Assembly (NCBI GenBank): GCA_048887225.1
Contig: JBHLJY010000014.1
Coordinates: 1 to 64,000, forward strand
Origin: Candidatus Hodarchaeota archaeon
GTDB lineage: Archaea; Asgardarchaeota; Lokiarchaeia; Sigyniarchaeales; SOKP01
Direction of reading: 5' to 3'
Length of the DNA: 64,000 nt
Shown piece after piece: positions 37,354 to 47,431 of the stretch (position 1 is the stretch's first letter; each line of letters opens with the position of its first letter). The notes below the pieces were generated by a model, which worked only from the letters and a program-made list of their open reading frames with translations, ran no database searches and was not told the DNA's origin. Position numbers and translations under genes: made by a program.

Positions 37354-38088
37354 ATGAGCGTATTGGAAACAATAAAATGTTATATCACTCAATTACCCGC
37401 AACTCTCATAAGTCTATTGGGGATTCAGCCCCCCTCTGATATACCACCTCCAGTTCAGATGATCTTAGATAAATATAAGGGAATAGAGCGTATAACCCTC
37501 ATTATGATTGATAATTACGGACTTTTCGAGATTACAATGTTCAAACCTTCGTTCATGATAACTAATTCTGAAGTTATGTTGCTTTTAAGCACAAAGAATC
37601 CTTATACATTAGGTGTTTTTCATCAATTATTATTTGGAGGATTTGAAATTGAACCTAATGGTTTTCATTTACTAAGATATCTTAATGATAACGGTAGGAA
37701 ATCGTGTTTTATTGCGAGAAAAAAAGATCTACAACGTTATGATGGTGGAACTCTCTCAGTGTCCAAAGAAACTGACATGTCTACATGGGTGGAATCTGCT
37801 AAAGCAATCAATAAATATGACTTTTCATGGATGCACTATTTGGATTTTGAAAACCTTCATAAACAACAGCAAAAGTTAAAACAGAGAACACCAGAAGATT
37901 TAATTCAAAAGTTAATCCTTCGTACTGATAAGTGGATTTTAAGTAATTATAAACAACTTAGAAAAAATTCTTTAATGATTATCTTAGGCGATCATGGGAG
38001 ATCTAAATTGAATTTTGAATATTCTGGTAAGATTGCTCAATGGCGCGAAGCAAGTGTACCCATTGCTATCTTTATAAGAAAGTCTTAA
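37354..38088 (+). CDS. Alkaline-phosphatase-superfamily protein (degenerate)
   Basis: LIMIDNYG, IILGDHG and C-terminal VP.AIF. Confidence 0.65.
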   Translation: MSVLETIKCYITQLPATLISLLGIQPPSDIPPPVQMILDKYKGIERITLIMIDNYGLFEITMFKPSFMITNSEVMLLLSTKNPYTLGVFHQLLFGGFEIEPNGFHLLRYLNDNGRKSCFIARKKDLQRYDGGTLSVSKETDMSTWVESAKAINKYDFSWMHYLDFENLHKQQQKLKQRTPEDLIQKLILRTDKWILSNYKQLRKNSLMIILGDHGRSKLNFEYSGKIAQWREASVPIAIFIRKS

Positions 38089-38126
38089 CGCTTTCTAATT
38101 TAATTAAAAGTAAAGAATGAATCTAA

Positions 38127-38675
38127 ATGGGAGAAGATAAGGAAGAATATAAGCGATTTACTGTTTCTCTTCCAAAGAAGCTGTACGAAAATTTTGAATC
38201 TTTTAGAGAAAAAAGAAAATGGGCAAGATCAGATAGTATTAGAAAGGCCATGAACTCCTTCATGATTAGTGAAGAAAATATTCCTGTATCGCCAGGAAAC
38301 GTTGTTGGATGCATTACAATGATAATATCATACGAGCATTTTAAAAAAGTTGATGAAATTCCCAACATTCTGAATTCTGAGATAAATACTAAACATAAAC
38401 TTGATCATGATTATCAACACGCACATGACTATACCTCTCAACCTATATATGCAAATATTCAACAAACTGATTCAATATTATCAAAAGATATACAACATCA
38501 TTATGGAGACGTTATTCTTTCAAATCTACATATCCATTTAAAGTTTGAAAAATGTATGGAAATTATAGCTGTATCAGGGTCCTATAATAGAATAAAAGAA
38601 CTACGCGACAATCTTCAAAGATTAAAGAGCGTGTTATCAATCGGATTTTTTGTTGTTGATAGAGAAGATAAATAA
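38127..38675 (+). CDS. nikR: Nickel-responsive regulator NikR with His-rich insertion
   Basis: RHH (RFTVSLP, RSDSIRKA); ACT domain with IQH, HIHL and CMEIIAV.G nickel ligands. Confidence 0.88.
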   Translation: MGEDKEEYKRFTVSLPKKLYENFESFREKRKWARSDSIRKAMNSFMISEENIPVSPGNVVGCITMIISYEHFKKVDEIPNILNSEINTKHKLDHDYQHAHDYTSQPIYANIQQTDSILSKDIQHHYGDVILSNLHIHLKFEKCMEIIAVSGSYNRIKELRDNLQRLKSVLSIGFFVVDREDK

Positions 38676-38913
38676 TAAATAAAAGAAGAAATAAGAATAA
38701 AGCTTTCCTTTATTAAAAAAGAGTTTGTTTGATAAGGCGATTTTAAGGAAAGTTTATTCTTTATTTTTAGGGGTTATGTGTGTGTTGTCTTTTATTTGTT
38801 TGAACAACAATTTATTCTCTGATACTGTGTTGATTTATTAATTTATGTTCAAAAAATTAAGTAAAGAAAAATAGATCTAAAAAAAAATAAATTTAATGAT
38901 ATTAATCAATTAT

Positions 38914-39120
38914 TTACAAGTCTTTTTCTTGTACGGTTTTTCTGCCGTTTGCTTTAGCCCTACCAATCGCTTTGTCAAGAACTTCTATTACCGCATTGTT
39001 AAGAGAATCTCCATCAATTAAATCGCCGCTTGTATTACATCCTTTTGATTTAATATAATCTCGAACTTTACTCTTAACAAATAGGGCTTCGGCTTTGGCT
39101 CCTCCTTTTTTCTTAGCCAT
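38914..39120 (-). CDS. Short prokaryotic histone-fold protein with Lys-rich N-terminal tail
   Basis: LFVKSKVRDYIK, NTS, KAIGRAKANGRKTV..KDL (RKTV L2 loop, truncated alpha3); SD GGAGG upstream. Confidence 0.9.
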   Translation of the reverse strand: MAKKKGGAKAEALFVKSKVRDYIKSKGCNTSGDLIDGDSLNNAVIEVLDKAIGRAKANGRKTVQEKDL

Positions 39121-39515
39121 TTTTTATTCCTCCATTTATGTTTTAAATAATATAAAAGTAATTTAAAAATATTTTAAATTTAAATATTGATTAGTTAAGC
39201 TTGTTTTTAAACTTTGAGGTTAAATCATTATAGAATATTAATAATGTCGGTCTAATCCCATTCTATGGAAACGAATGATCCTTCAAAATCTCGGTCGGAT
39301 TTTTATTTAAGTCAATAGATAAGATTTATTTGTAAAATATTTGATATAAGGTGTACCATTTCATTGATTATATCTCAAACATAGGCGCCTTCTTATTTAA
39401 TTTCGTTCTTAAAAAAAAATATTGCAAATTAAAAATGGCTTATAAGAGTTTTATTATTATATCATTGAAAAGTTTAAAAAAAAGAAAAAAAAATATTTAA
39501 ATTTTCTACTTTGGT

Positions 39516-41066
39516 TCACATCCGTCTTTTTTTCATGACTACGTAAATAAGTGAAATCGCAGAAATCGCAGCAGCACCTAACAAAATTGAAATTTCATAT
39601 CCAGGAATAACTGGAGCAAGACTTTCAGTCTTGTAAAATATATCTCCATTTTGGTAAGTCATCGAACTCTGACTTCCAGTATCACTGTAGAGAAAGACCA
39701 TCTCATAATCGTCTCGCTCTTCTGGTACTGCGGCACCTGGATTCCACATAACGCCATCTGCCCATTCAATTTCAATCGTAACTTGCATTTCATCAACGGA
39801 AACATCACAAAGGAAATTATCATCGGTTCCACCATAATAGACATCATCAGGAATATCGAAGCCATCAACTAATCTTTCAAGCCATTTATCAACAGATTGA
39901 TGGGCAGGAATGCCAGCTCTTAGGATTGTGATTAAGTATTCTGCTTTATCAGGTACTTTTGATCTAAAGAAGTCAATAAGATCCACTTCAAGCCCTAGTT
40001 TTATTGCTGCATAAATACCATATACAGCGTCTCCATTAGCACCTATCGGTGGTGGCAAAGTAATTGCAAACCATAACGGACCGTAATTTACAGGATCTGC
40101 TAAGTATAAATTATAGACGGTTGTATAAAGTGTTGTATTGAGAGCATCCCAATCAGAACCATCATTATAAGTATGAGTCCCCCCAGGGAGACCTGCGGAC
40201 CACCCGACACTCCCTATAAAGGTGGTATAAGCATCCACTATAGCTTGAATTTGAGCGAACAGAACTTCAGTCATTCCGTAGAAATACCAATATGAATCTA
40301 CTACATCATCTGGATCTTCGATGAATGGAGTTTCTACCTCATCCTCATCAGGATCTGATTCATAATCGCCGTTGTCTGCCCAATACCAGAGGTCTCTCTC
40401 GAGGATATATCCCTTATACTCTTTACCATAGAGGGCTGAAACGGTTGTTCTGTTATAAGAACTTACCCATGCTAAATTTTGCACAGTTTGCATTAGTGAG
40501 AAATTAGCAAATGTTACATTGCCATTCAAATATTCTTGATAAGCAATTCCAAACACCATATAAATTAAAGGTTTATTATATAATGTACCAATTGTGTCAG
40601 TATGATTTGCTAATCCTTTTACGGTCATATGAGCAAAAGTAATAGCGTCCCAGTAAGTGATAAGGTCGCTGATACCGTCACCGGTCCTGTCATAACTAGC
40701 ATCTTGTCTGATGGATTCGTCTAATTTTGTATATAATAGATGATCACCTAATAACCAGATATCATCCTTTTCCCAATCTAATATTTTACTCTTTGTTCTT
40801 GCACCGACATCATCTGCATTTGAAGAATAGCCCTCTCGATAATTTCCGTGCTTTTGATTACATCTATCATCTGGGTTGTTACCTAATGCATGTCCCCAAT
40901 CGCTCTTGTCATAGACCTTGACTTCGCTTTCAGTTTCAATGCCTTTAGCCTCATTTGGAACACCAAAACTCCATTTTGCGCCTAATGCTGGTTTAGCGAG
41001 TAAAGCAACAGAGCTCAGAATAAAGATGGATGTAAAAAGCATACCATATAGTAATTTTTTATTCAT
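39516..41066 (-). CDS. Secreted surface protein with Loki-CTERM-like anchor
   Basis: Signal peptide MNKKLLY...PALG; C-terminal IPGYEISILLG-TM-KKRRM. Confidence 0.82.
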   Translation of the reverse strand: MNKKLLYGMLFTSIFILSSVALLAKPALGAKWSFGVPNEAKGIETESEVKVYDKSDWGHALGNNPDDRCNQKHGNYREGYSSNADDVGARTKSKILDWEKDDIWLLGDHLLYTKLDESIRQDASYDRTGDGISDLITYWDAITFAHMTVKGLANHTDTIGTLYNKPLIYMVFGIAYQEYLNGNVTFANFSLMQTVQNLAWVSSYNRTTVSALYGKEYKGYILERDLWYWADNGDYESDPDEDEVETPFIEDPDDVVDSYWYFYGMTEVLFAQIQAIVDAYTTFIGSVGWSAGLPGGTHTYNDGSDWDALNTTLYTTVYNLYLADPVNYGPLWFAITLPPPIGANGDAVYGIYAAIKLGLEVDLIDFFRSKVPDKAEYLITILRAGIPAHQSVDKWLERLVDGFDIPDDVYYGGTDDNFLCDVSVDEMQVTIEIEWADGVMWNPGAAVPEERDDYEMVFLYSDTGSQSSMTYQNGDIFYKTESLAPVIPGYEISILLGAAAISAISLIYVVMKKRRM

Positions 41067-41292
41067 TTTACTTTCATCCTTTTCTTTTATTTAAAATGTA
41101 TTATAATATTTTTTGCTACTAATCTTTTTAAATATATCGCATGTCATTTTAGCATATAAATATCTGTTTTACATGTTAGAACCAATGTTAAAAAATAAAT
41201 TTTTTATTGAACTAATAAAGTTTATGAATTATAAGAACCAAATTGAAATATTTTTATTCTAAACCAAACTTAATAACTTAAAAATAAAGAGA

Positions 41293-41808
41293 GTGAGATT
41301 TAAGATGACAAAATCAGAAGAAGATCTTAAAGCAGCTTTCGCAGGCGAGAGCCAAGCTAATAGAAAATATTTGGCTTTTGCAAAAAAAGCGGACGAAGAA
41401 GGATTTCCAAATGTCGCCTTACTCTTTAGAGCAGCAGCTGCCGCAGAAACTGTGCATGCCCATGCACACTTAAGACAATTAGGAGGTATTAAATCGACAG
41501 TTGAGAATTTAAAAGAAGCCGTTGGGGGAGAACATTATGAATTATCGAACATGTATCCTGAATTCATAGGAGATGCAGAAGCTGATGGTGATAAGGGTGC
41601 CAAATTTTCGTTCAACGCGGCTCTGGCTGCTGAAAAAGTTCATCATAAATTATATGAAAAAGCTTTAAAAGCCGTCGAAAGTGGGAAAGACAGAGAAGCT
41701 AAAGATATATATGTATGTTCTGTCTGCGGTATGACATTTGAAGGTGAGGCTCCCGATAAATGTCCCGTTTGTGGTGCCCCAAAAGAAAAAATTAATAAGA
41801 TTGAATAA
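41293..41808 (+). CDS. rbr: Rubrerythrin
   Basis: AFAGESQANRKY, ETVHA, E..H; rubredoxin-type CSVCG...CPVCG. Confidence 0.95.
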   Translation: MRFKMTKSEEDLKAAFAGESQANRKYLAFAKKADEEGFPNVALLFRAAAAAETVHAHAHLRQLGGIKSTVENLKEAVGGEHYELSNMYPEFIGDAEADGDKGAKFSFNAALAAEKVHHKLYEKALKAVESGKDREAKDIYVCSVCGMTFEGEAPDKCPVCGAPKEKINKIE

Positions 41809-41833
41809 TTAAATTGTTTTTTAAAATTTTTTT

Positions 41834-43417
41834 TTATATTTTCCAGGGAGAATATCCATTTCTATACGTTAAAAAATAATCATTTATCGTAAAATCCACT
41901 AATTTCTCTGCTTTTCTTAATGCTCCAAAATTTGCTCCTTCTAAATAATAATTAATAAGTAAAAAAGAAATGTCCCTATCTCCTACTGAAATTAAAGTTT
42001 GTAATTTTGCGTTATTAACAATTTCTCTAATATTTTGGAATTTTAATTTTATTGAGGGCATATTTTTAAGTTCTTTTATTATTTTTTGATAAGCTAATCT
42101 TAATTTATTGATCTTTTCACTTAGAAAAAAATCAATTTTAAATTCATAAGGCGTGTTCAACTTAGGAATTAAAGGATTGATGTTAATCTTGAGGGAATCC
42201 TTATCGAACCCCATATCGTTGATTGTTTTAATCATCTTTATAGTTTCCTCGATATCTTCTTCAGTTTCATTAGGTAAGCCTATTAAAAAATAAAATTTTA
42301 TATTTCTTATTTTTGAATAACTGATTTCACTTACAATTGAGTAAATTTTTTCATTTGAGATTTGTTTTCCGAGAGCAAATCTTAAAGGTTCTGATCCTGT
42401 TTCTGGAGCAAGTGTTACTGTTTTAATTCCACTTATTTCTAAAATTTTAATAATTTTTGGAGATAAATGCTCGATTCTTATAGAGGGGATAGAAATTCTT
42501 TTACCCTTATCTATTATATATTCACAGATTTCATAAAATTTGGGATGAGCAGACACACACGATCCAATTAAACTAATAGTATCAAAGGAAGCAACTTTAA
42601 TTCCTTTATCTATAGCGTTTATTATTTTCTTATAACTTCGATTTCTAAAAGGTGCGCTATGAAATGAAGATATACAGAATTTACATTGATATGGACACCC
42701 CCGATTAACTTCAATAAAATAATTTTGCTCAAAGATATGTCTCTTATTTAATAAATTAGCAAGTATTTGATAATCGGGGATAGGTCCTATATTTAGATCT
42801 TGTTGGATTGCCCTATTAACTTTGTTATTGAGAGAAGGAACGTAAATACCCTCAATTAATTGAGCCCTTTTTAATAAATCTCTATAATCTATTTTCTTAT
42901 GAACATATTTCTTAAATAATTTGAAAAATAAATTTAAATTTGGTTCCGAATCCCCAATAAACATCAGATCAAAAAAAGGACTAAATGGCATTGGATTTGA
43001 AGTAATAACTGGCCCTCCAGCTATTATTAAAGGAAATTGTCTTCCATCTTCTTTAATATGGTTTTCACGAGCTTGCGATGTAATTGGAATTAAAGAATCT
43101 TCTAAAATCCATAATATATTTTTAAAATCATTCTCAAACTGTATAGAAAATCCTAATATGTCAAATTCATCTAAAAATACCTTATTTTCAATACTTCTTA
43201 TTTGTGTTTTAAAGTTGTAATATGCATGAGCGGGGTATTTTACCTTCTCGGGTAAGAAAATTCGCTCACACACAATATTTTTGTTAGAATTTATTAAATA
43301 GTAAAGAAGTCGAATAGAATAGGAGGACATGCCAATTTTATAAATATTTGGATAAATTAAACCAAATGAGAATTCTACAGTTCTCCAATCTTTGATGATT
43401 AGATTTTCATTTAACAT
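41834..43417 (-). CDS. Radical SAM protein with N-terminal B12-binding-like domain
   Basis: YPN.Y.IGMS, AGGP...NP.P, EVNRGCPYQCKFC, APETGS, YFLIGLP. Confidence 0.9.
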   Translation of the reverse strand: MLNENLIIKDWRTVEFSFGLIYPNIYKIGMSSYSIRLLYYLINSNKNIVCERIFLPEKVKYPAHAYYNFKTQIRSIENKVFLDEFDILGFSIQFENDFKNILWILEDSLIPITSQARENHIKEDGRQFPLIIAGGPVITSNPMPFSPFFDLMFIGDSEPNLNLFFKLFKKYVHKKIDYRDLLKRAQLIEGIYVPSLNNKVNRAIQQDLNIGPIPDYQILANLLNKRHIFEQNYFIEVNRGCPYQCKFCISSFHSAPFRNRSYKKIINAIDKGIKVASFDTISLIGSCVSAHPKFYEICEYIIDKGKRISIPSIRIEHLSPKIIKILEISGIKTVTLAPETGSEPLRFALGKQISNEKIYSIVSEISYSKIRNIKFYFLIGLPNETEEDIEETIKMIKTINDMGFDKDSLKININPLIPKLNTPYEFKIDFFLSEKINKLRLAYQKIIKELKNMPSIKLKFQNIREIVNNAKLQTLISVGDRDISFLLINYYLEGANFGALRKAEKLVDFTINDYFLTYRNGYSPWKI

Positions 43418-43445
43418 TTCATTATAAAACTATACTCTAATATTA

Positions 43446-44258
43446 TTAAGTCTGTTTAAAATCCTCCTTTTTAACTTTCATGTTTTTAATTTCTTCAAGG
43501 ATTGAAGGTAATATAGTTCCTGTTTTATGATGAATCACTACTTCTGCTTTTTCGTCTAAATGTGTAGGTCTATCGTTTACAATTATTAATTTGCCCCCTT
43601 CTCCTAAAGTATATAAAGGCAAATCACACACGGGAGCTACTGAAAGTGAAGATCCGGCTATTAGCATAACATCAGCTTTTTGCGATAATGCCTGAGATTG
43701 ATAAATCTCAAAAGTAGGTAAACTTTCTCCAAATAAAACAACTGAAGGTTTTAATGGAGCAGCACAAATATCGCATCTAGGTGGATAATTCTTTTCTTTT
43801 TTTAATTTTCTTAAAACTTGCTTTTTAGTGTAAGATGCTCTACACCCGAAGCAACTAAACCGATTGATATTCCCATGAACTTCGTAAACTATAACTGAAC
43901 CTGCTTTCTGATGTAACTCGTCGATATTTTGAGTTATAATTGCCTTAATAATGTCCATATTTTCAAGTTCAGCTAATGCAATATGACCTGGATTTGGTTT
44001 AGCAGTAAATAATTTAGGAGCAATTTTTTCTGCCATTTGCCAAAATTTTGAGGGATCCTTCAAAAAAGATTTTATGTTTCCGTAGATTTCTGGTTTATAC
44101 TTTTCCCATATTCCATTATCCCCTCTAAAATCTGGTATGCCCGATTCTGTTGAAACTCCGGCTCCAGTCAAAGCTATAGCATTTTTAGAATTAAAAAGAA
44201 GTTTCGCAGCTTCGTTAATCTTCTTTCTTTCTACAAATTTTATAATTTTTGTACTCAT
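43446..44258 (-). CDS. cobB: NAD-dependent protein deacylase (sirtuin)
   Basis: TGAGVSTESGIPDFRG, TQNIDELH, HG, two CxxC, VVLFGE. Confidence 0.95.
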   Translation of the reverse strand: MSTKIIKFVERKKINEAAKLLFNSKNAIALTGAGVSTESGIPDFRGDNGIWEKYKPEIYGNIKSFLKDPSKFWQMAEKIAPKLFTAKPNPGHIALAELENMDIIKAIITQNIDELHQKAGSVIVYEVHGNINRFSCFGCRASYTKKQVLRKLKKEKNYPPRCDICAAPLKPSVVLFGESLPTFEIYQSQALSQKADVMLIAGSSLSVAPVCDLPLYTLGEGGKLIIVNDRPTHLDEKAEVVIHHKTGTILPSILEEIKNMKVKKEDFKQT

Positions 44259-44541
44259 TATTTCAAATCTTTTTTTTAAATCATTTGTTTTAGCAGAATT
44301 TACTTTTTAATTAAGTGTGTCTCTGAAATGATATTTTTATATTAATTTTTGAAATAATTGAAAATTAATAATTTTGATTATAATTAATTAAAATAATTTA
44401 GATTAAATCGTAAAAGATTAAAATATGTTTGAGGATATTAATTTTAAAGAAAAAAATTGAACTTTTTTGTCCTAAAAGCTCTAAAGGTAATAACATTTAT
44501 TAAAAAATAGAAAAATAATTTAGGTTCCATAATTTTAATTC

Positions 44542-45441
44542 ATGACAATAAAACAAATAAGTTACGGTATCATTTTAGAAGATGAAATACTTTATTGCTC
44601 GAACGATAAAAAATATAACGTCTTTGAAATCATCCTATTCGTAGAGAAACTCCTAAGAAGTTTTAATCCTAAGCAAACATGGCGTTTAAACCACGTCTAT
44701 TTAAAAAGTTCGAATAAGGAGAAAGAAAGAATAATTATTAGACACATTCTTACTGAAACAAATGAAAACTTATTCATTTTTTTGAGTGGTGTCTTTAAAG
44801 AAGGTTCACAAGAAATTCGAAATATGTTAGTGGATTTTTTCGAAAAGGTTATAGCTTACTACAATACGGGGGATTCATTAAAGAAATATTCCAAAAAACC
44901 TATTTTTAAAGAAAATATTGAAAATATCACAGATTTTTTATGGAACAAATATAAAATTCTTTTAGAACATGAAGAAATAATTCAAGAAGTTGATCAGGCT
45001 ACTCCTAATAAAATATTATATGGGGGTATCTCGATTCAAGGATTACCAATAATTTCTCAATTGTTCGATCCGACTCTTTTAAAGAATTTAGATAAAGAAA
45101 TAACTGCTGAAAACATTGATTTATTTAATTCTAGTCTTTCAGCACAATTAGCTACAATTGAAATGAATACGTTAATAAGGACAAACAATTATAATATTAA
45201 AGAGATTCATATAGCAGATTTAGAAATTAAAAAAAACAAGAAAATAATTTTATACGATGATATTGGTGAATATTCTTTAACTCTCTTTGCTTCTGGAAAT
45301 TTTTTTGAAATTAAAGATGTTATGAAGTTGTTAAAAATCCAAATTTCTAAGGAAGAGATCCTTCAAGAAGAATTCCTAGGAGATTTAAAACCCTATCGAT
45401 ACTTAGAGAAGTATTTCTCTAATCTTGATAAAGAGTTTTAA
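44542..45441 (+). CDS. Hypothetical protein, probable tandem longin/roadblock-like domains
   Basis: Two beta-beta-alpha-beta-beta-beta-alpha-like modules; GISIQGLPIIS and SSLSAQLATI; C-terminal F.GDL. Confidence 0.55.
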   Translation: MTIKQISYGIILEDEILYCSNDKKYNVFEIILFVEKLLRSFNPKQTWRLNHVYLKSSNKEKERIIIRHILTETNENLFIFLSGVFKEGSQEIRNMLVDFFEKVIAYYNTGDSLKKYSKKPIFKENIENITDFLWNKYKILLEHEEIIQEVDQATPNKILYGGISIQGLPIISQLFDPTLLKNLDKEITAENIDLFNSSLSAQLATIEMNTLIRTNNYNIKEIHIADLEIKKNKKIILYDDIGEYSLTLFASGNFFEIKDVMKLLKIQISKEEILQEEFLGDLKPYRYLEKYFSNLDKEF

Positions 45442-45495
45442 ATTCAGAAATAAATTATAAAAAAAATCTGAATTCAATCAGATAATAATTAAAAC

Positions 45496-47262
45496 TTACA
45501 AAACTTCTTGTGCTACTAATTGCTCTTTATTCTCTTTTTTGAATTTACGCAATAAACGAGAAAATTTTAATGGCTTTCCCTTATAATTAAGTTCGGAAAG
45601 AGCTTGTTCTTGATATGCATGGAAAAGTTTATTTGAAAGTTTTTCCCAATCCCTACATATATTAAGAGTTTCAGTGTCATTTCTTAATAGGCTTTCATGA
45701 GACATTATTCGCAGAAATTCGGCAGCATATTGTTCAATAACATCAGAATCTGCCCCTGCTAAAAGATCCCGAATAAATTCGTCAGCAGGATACCAATCCT
45801 TAACTCTTTGGAAATCACGATGGATTTGAGTGAGGAGAACATTGCGAGGCCCCTCCCAGAGTTCCATAATCATAGAATCACGATGAAGACGCGAGAGTGA
45901 TATAAAATCTTCCATTACACCATGCCCCCCAAAAAATGAAATAGCATTTCTTATCATTGCTGGAGTATCATCAGCCACAACTATTTTTTGTAGCATTACT
46001 AATTCTCGCAATCTAAACCGGCGTTTACGATCGGTAAGGTTTCCAATTTTTTGTAAATCTTTTATACCCGCAATGAGTTCTTCATTAAAATTAATATACT
46101 CAGAATATATTTTAAAAGCTCCTGCTGCAGCTCTTTCGGCAAAACGGTTTAAATCATTGATTTGATTGATCATAAGTGGAAAAGAAGATATTGGAACTCC
46201 AAATGCAGTTCTAAATTGGGCATACAGAGTAGCTTCACGTGCAGCGCGAAGTGCTCCTGAAGCCATCCCAAAACCAATATGGAACCTTGATAATGATAAA
46301 ACAATACCGACAATATTAGCGAGCCCTTTTTCAAGCGGACCAATCGGATAAGCTACAGCTCCATTATAAGTTATTTCAGCTGTTGGCAATTCTGCTGTTC
46401 CTAATTTTTGTTTGAGCCTATCTATTGTGAAAGAGTTTCTTATTTCCCGATCTTTATTACCTGGAAGCCATGATGGAACAACAAAAGCAGCTATCCTGGT
46501 TGATGATGGCATTCCTTTCGGTTTTGCTGTCACAATTGCATAATCAGCTTGCATTGCCGAACAAAAGAATTTTTGACCATAAATTCTCCAGCAATTTGAA
46601 ATTCCATCAGTTCCTTTTGCCTCTTCATATACTGCTTCAACTAAATTAGCTGGAACATCACTTCCAGCTTGTATCTCACTTACGAATTGAGCCCCAATTC
46701 CATATTCACCGTCACTAAATCCCCCCTTTCCATCCCTAACAGAAGTGAGGATTTTACGAGCTTCCTGACCCAATTCATCTTCGTATTGCTCTATAAGTTT
46801 AACCATCCCATGGGTACATGCAATTGGACACATTACACCACTCTCCCCATTTTGGTATAATAAAAAAAGTTTAGCAAATCTGCTCCAAGGTGTATTTCTA
46901 CTGGGATCAAATAGACCGAGAGCAAAAATTTCCCGTTCTAATATCTCTGTTTCAGCACAACGCTTTATTCTATCAACACGATGATTATGCGCATCATAAT
47001 GTATTACTTGCGTACATTTAATGCGATTTTCAAGTTTATTAGCCTCATCCGAAAGATCCCTAAACTTATAGGATACATAATCTGATATCGCTCGTAGCTC
47101 CTTATCAATCTTTTCAAATTCATTCGGAGGTACATATTTCTTAATTAATGCTTGAAAAAATTCATCATCGCGGTAATAATTAAATTGATTTTTAACAAGT
47201 AAATAATCATCAAAAGAATATTGATTATTTCGGTTTCCTTCCTTATAAATTTGAGCACACAT
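45496..47262 (-). CDS. Acyl-CoA dehydrogenase (AidB-like)
   Basis: CPIACT, QFVSEIQAGSDV, G.KFFCS, RLKQKLGT...PTAE, GGHGVME, ELWEGP.NV. Confidence 0.92.
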   Translation of the reverse strand: MCAQIYKEGNRNNQYSFDDYLLVKNQFNYYRDDEFFQALIKKYVPPNEFEKIDKELRAISDYVSYKFRDLSDEANKLENRIKCTQVIHYDAHNHRVDRIKRCAETEILEREIFALGLFDPSRNTPWSRFAKLFLLYQNGESGVMCPIACTHGMVKLIEQYEDELGQEARKILTSVRDGKGGFSDGEYGIGAQFVSEIQAGSDVPANLVEAVYEEAKGTDGISNCWRIYGQKFFCSAMQADYAIVTAKPKGMPSSTRIAAFVVPSWLPGNKDREIRNSFTIDRLKQKLGTAELPTAEITYNGAVAYPIGPLEKGLANIVGIVLSLSRFHIGFGMASGALRAAREATLYAQFRTAFGVPISSFPLMINQINDLNRFAERAAAGAFKIYSEYINFNEELIAGIKDLQKIGNLTDRKRRFRLRELVMLQKIVVADDTPAMIRNAISFFGGHGVMEDFISLSRLHRDSMIMELWEGPRNVLLTQIHRDFQRVKDWYPADEFIRDLLAGADSDVIEQYAAEFLRIMSHESLLRNDTETLNICRDWEKLSNKLFHAYQEQALSELNYKGKPLKFSRLLRKFKKENKEQLVAQEVL

Positions 47263-47367
47263 TTTTTAACATTTATTTTCAATTTTATTATTTAATTAAC
47301 AGAATTAAAGTTAATATATATAGATTTATTAGGGAAAAATTAAAAACTGATTTAAACAATTAAAAAA

Positions 47368-47388
47368 GAGACTTTAAAAGAAAGTCTC
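47368..47388. repeat. Perfect 8-bp inverted repeat GAGACTTT-N5-AAAGTCTC (operator or terminator)
   Basis: Directly visible between the rps3ae 3' end and the acyl-CoA dehydrogenase start. Confidence 0.55.
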
Positions 47389-47431
47389 AAAAGGACTTAT
47401 AAGAAGTTATGTTAAATTAATTAAAAGTTTT

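Noticed and set aside
43446-44258. Sirtuin as a dedicated deacetylase of the tailed histone
   Set aside because: It is 4.3 kb away with unrelated genes between, and sirtuins are ubiquitous.
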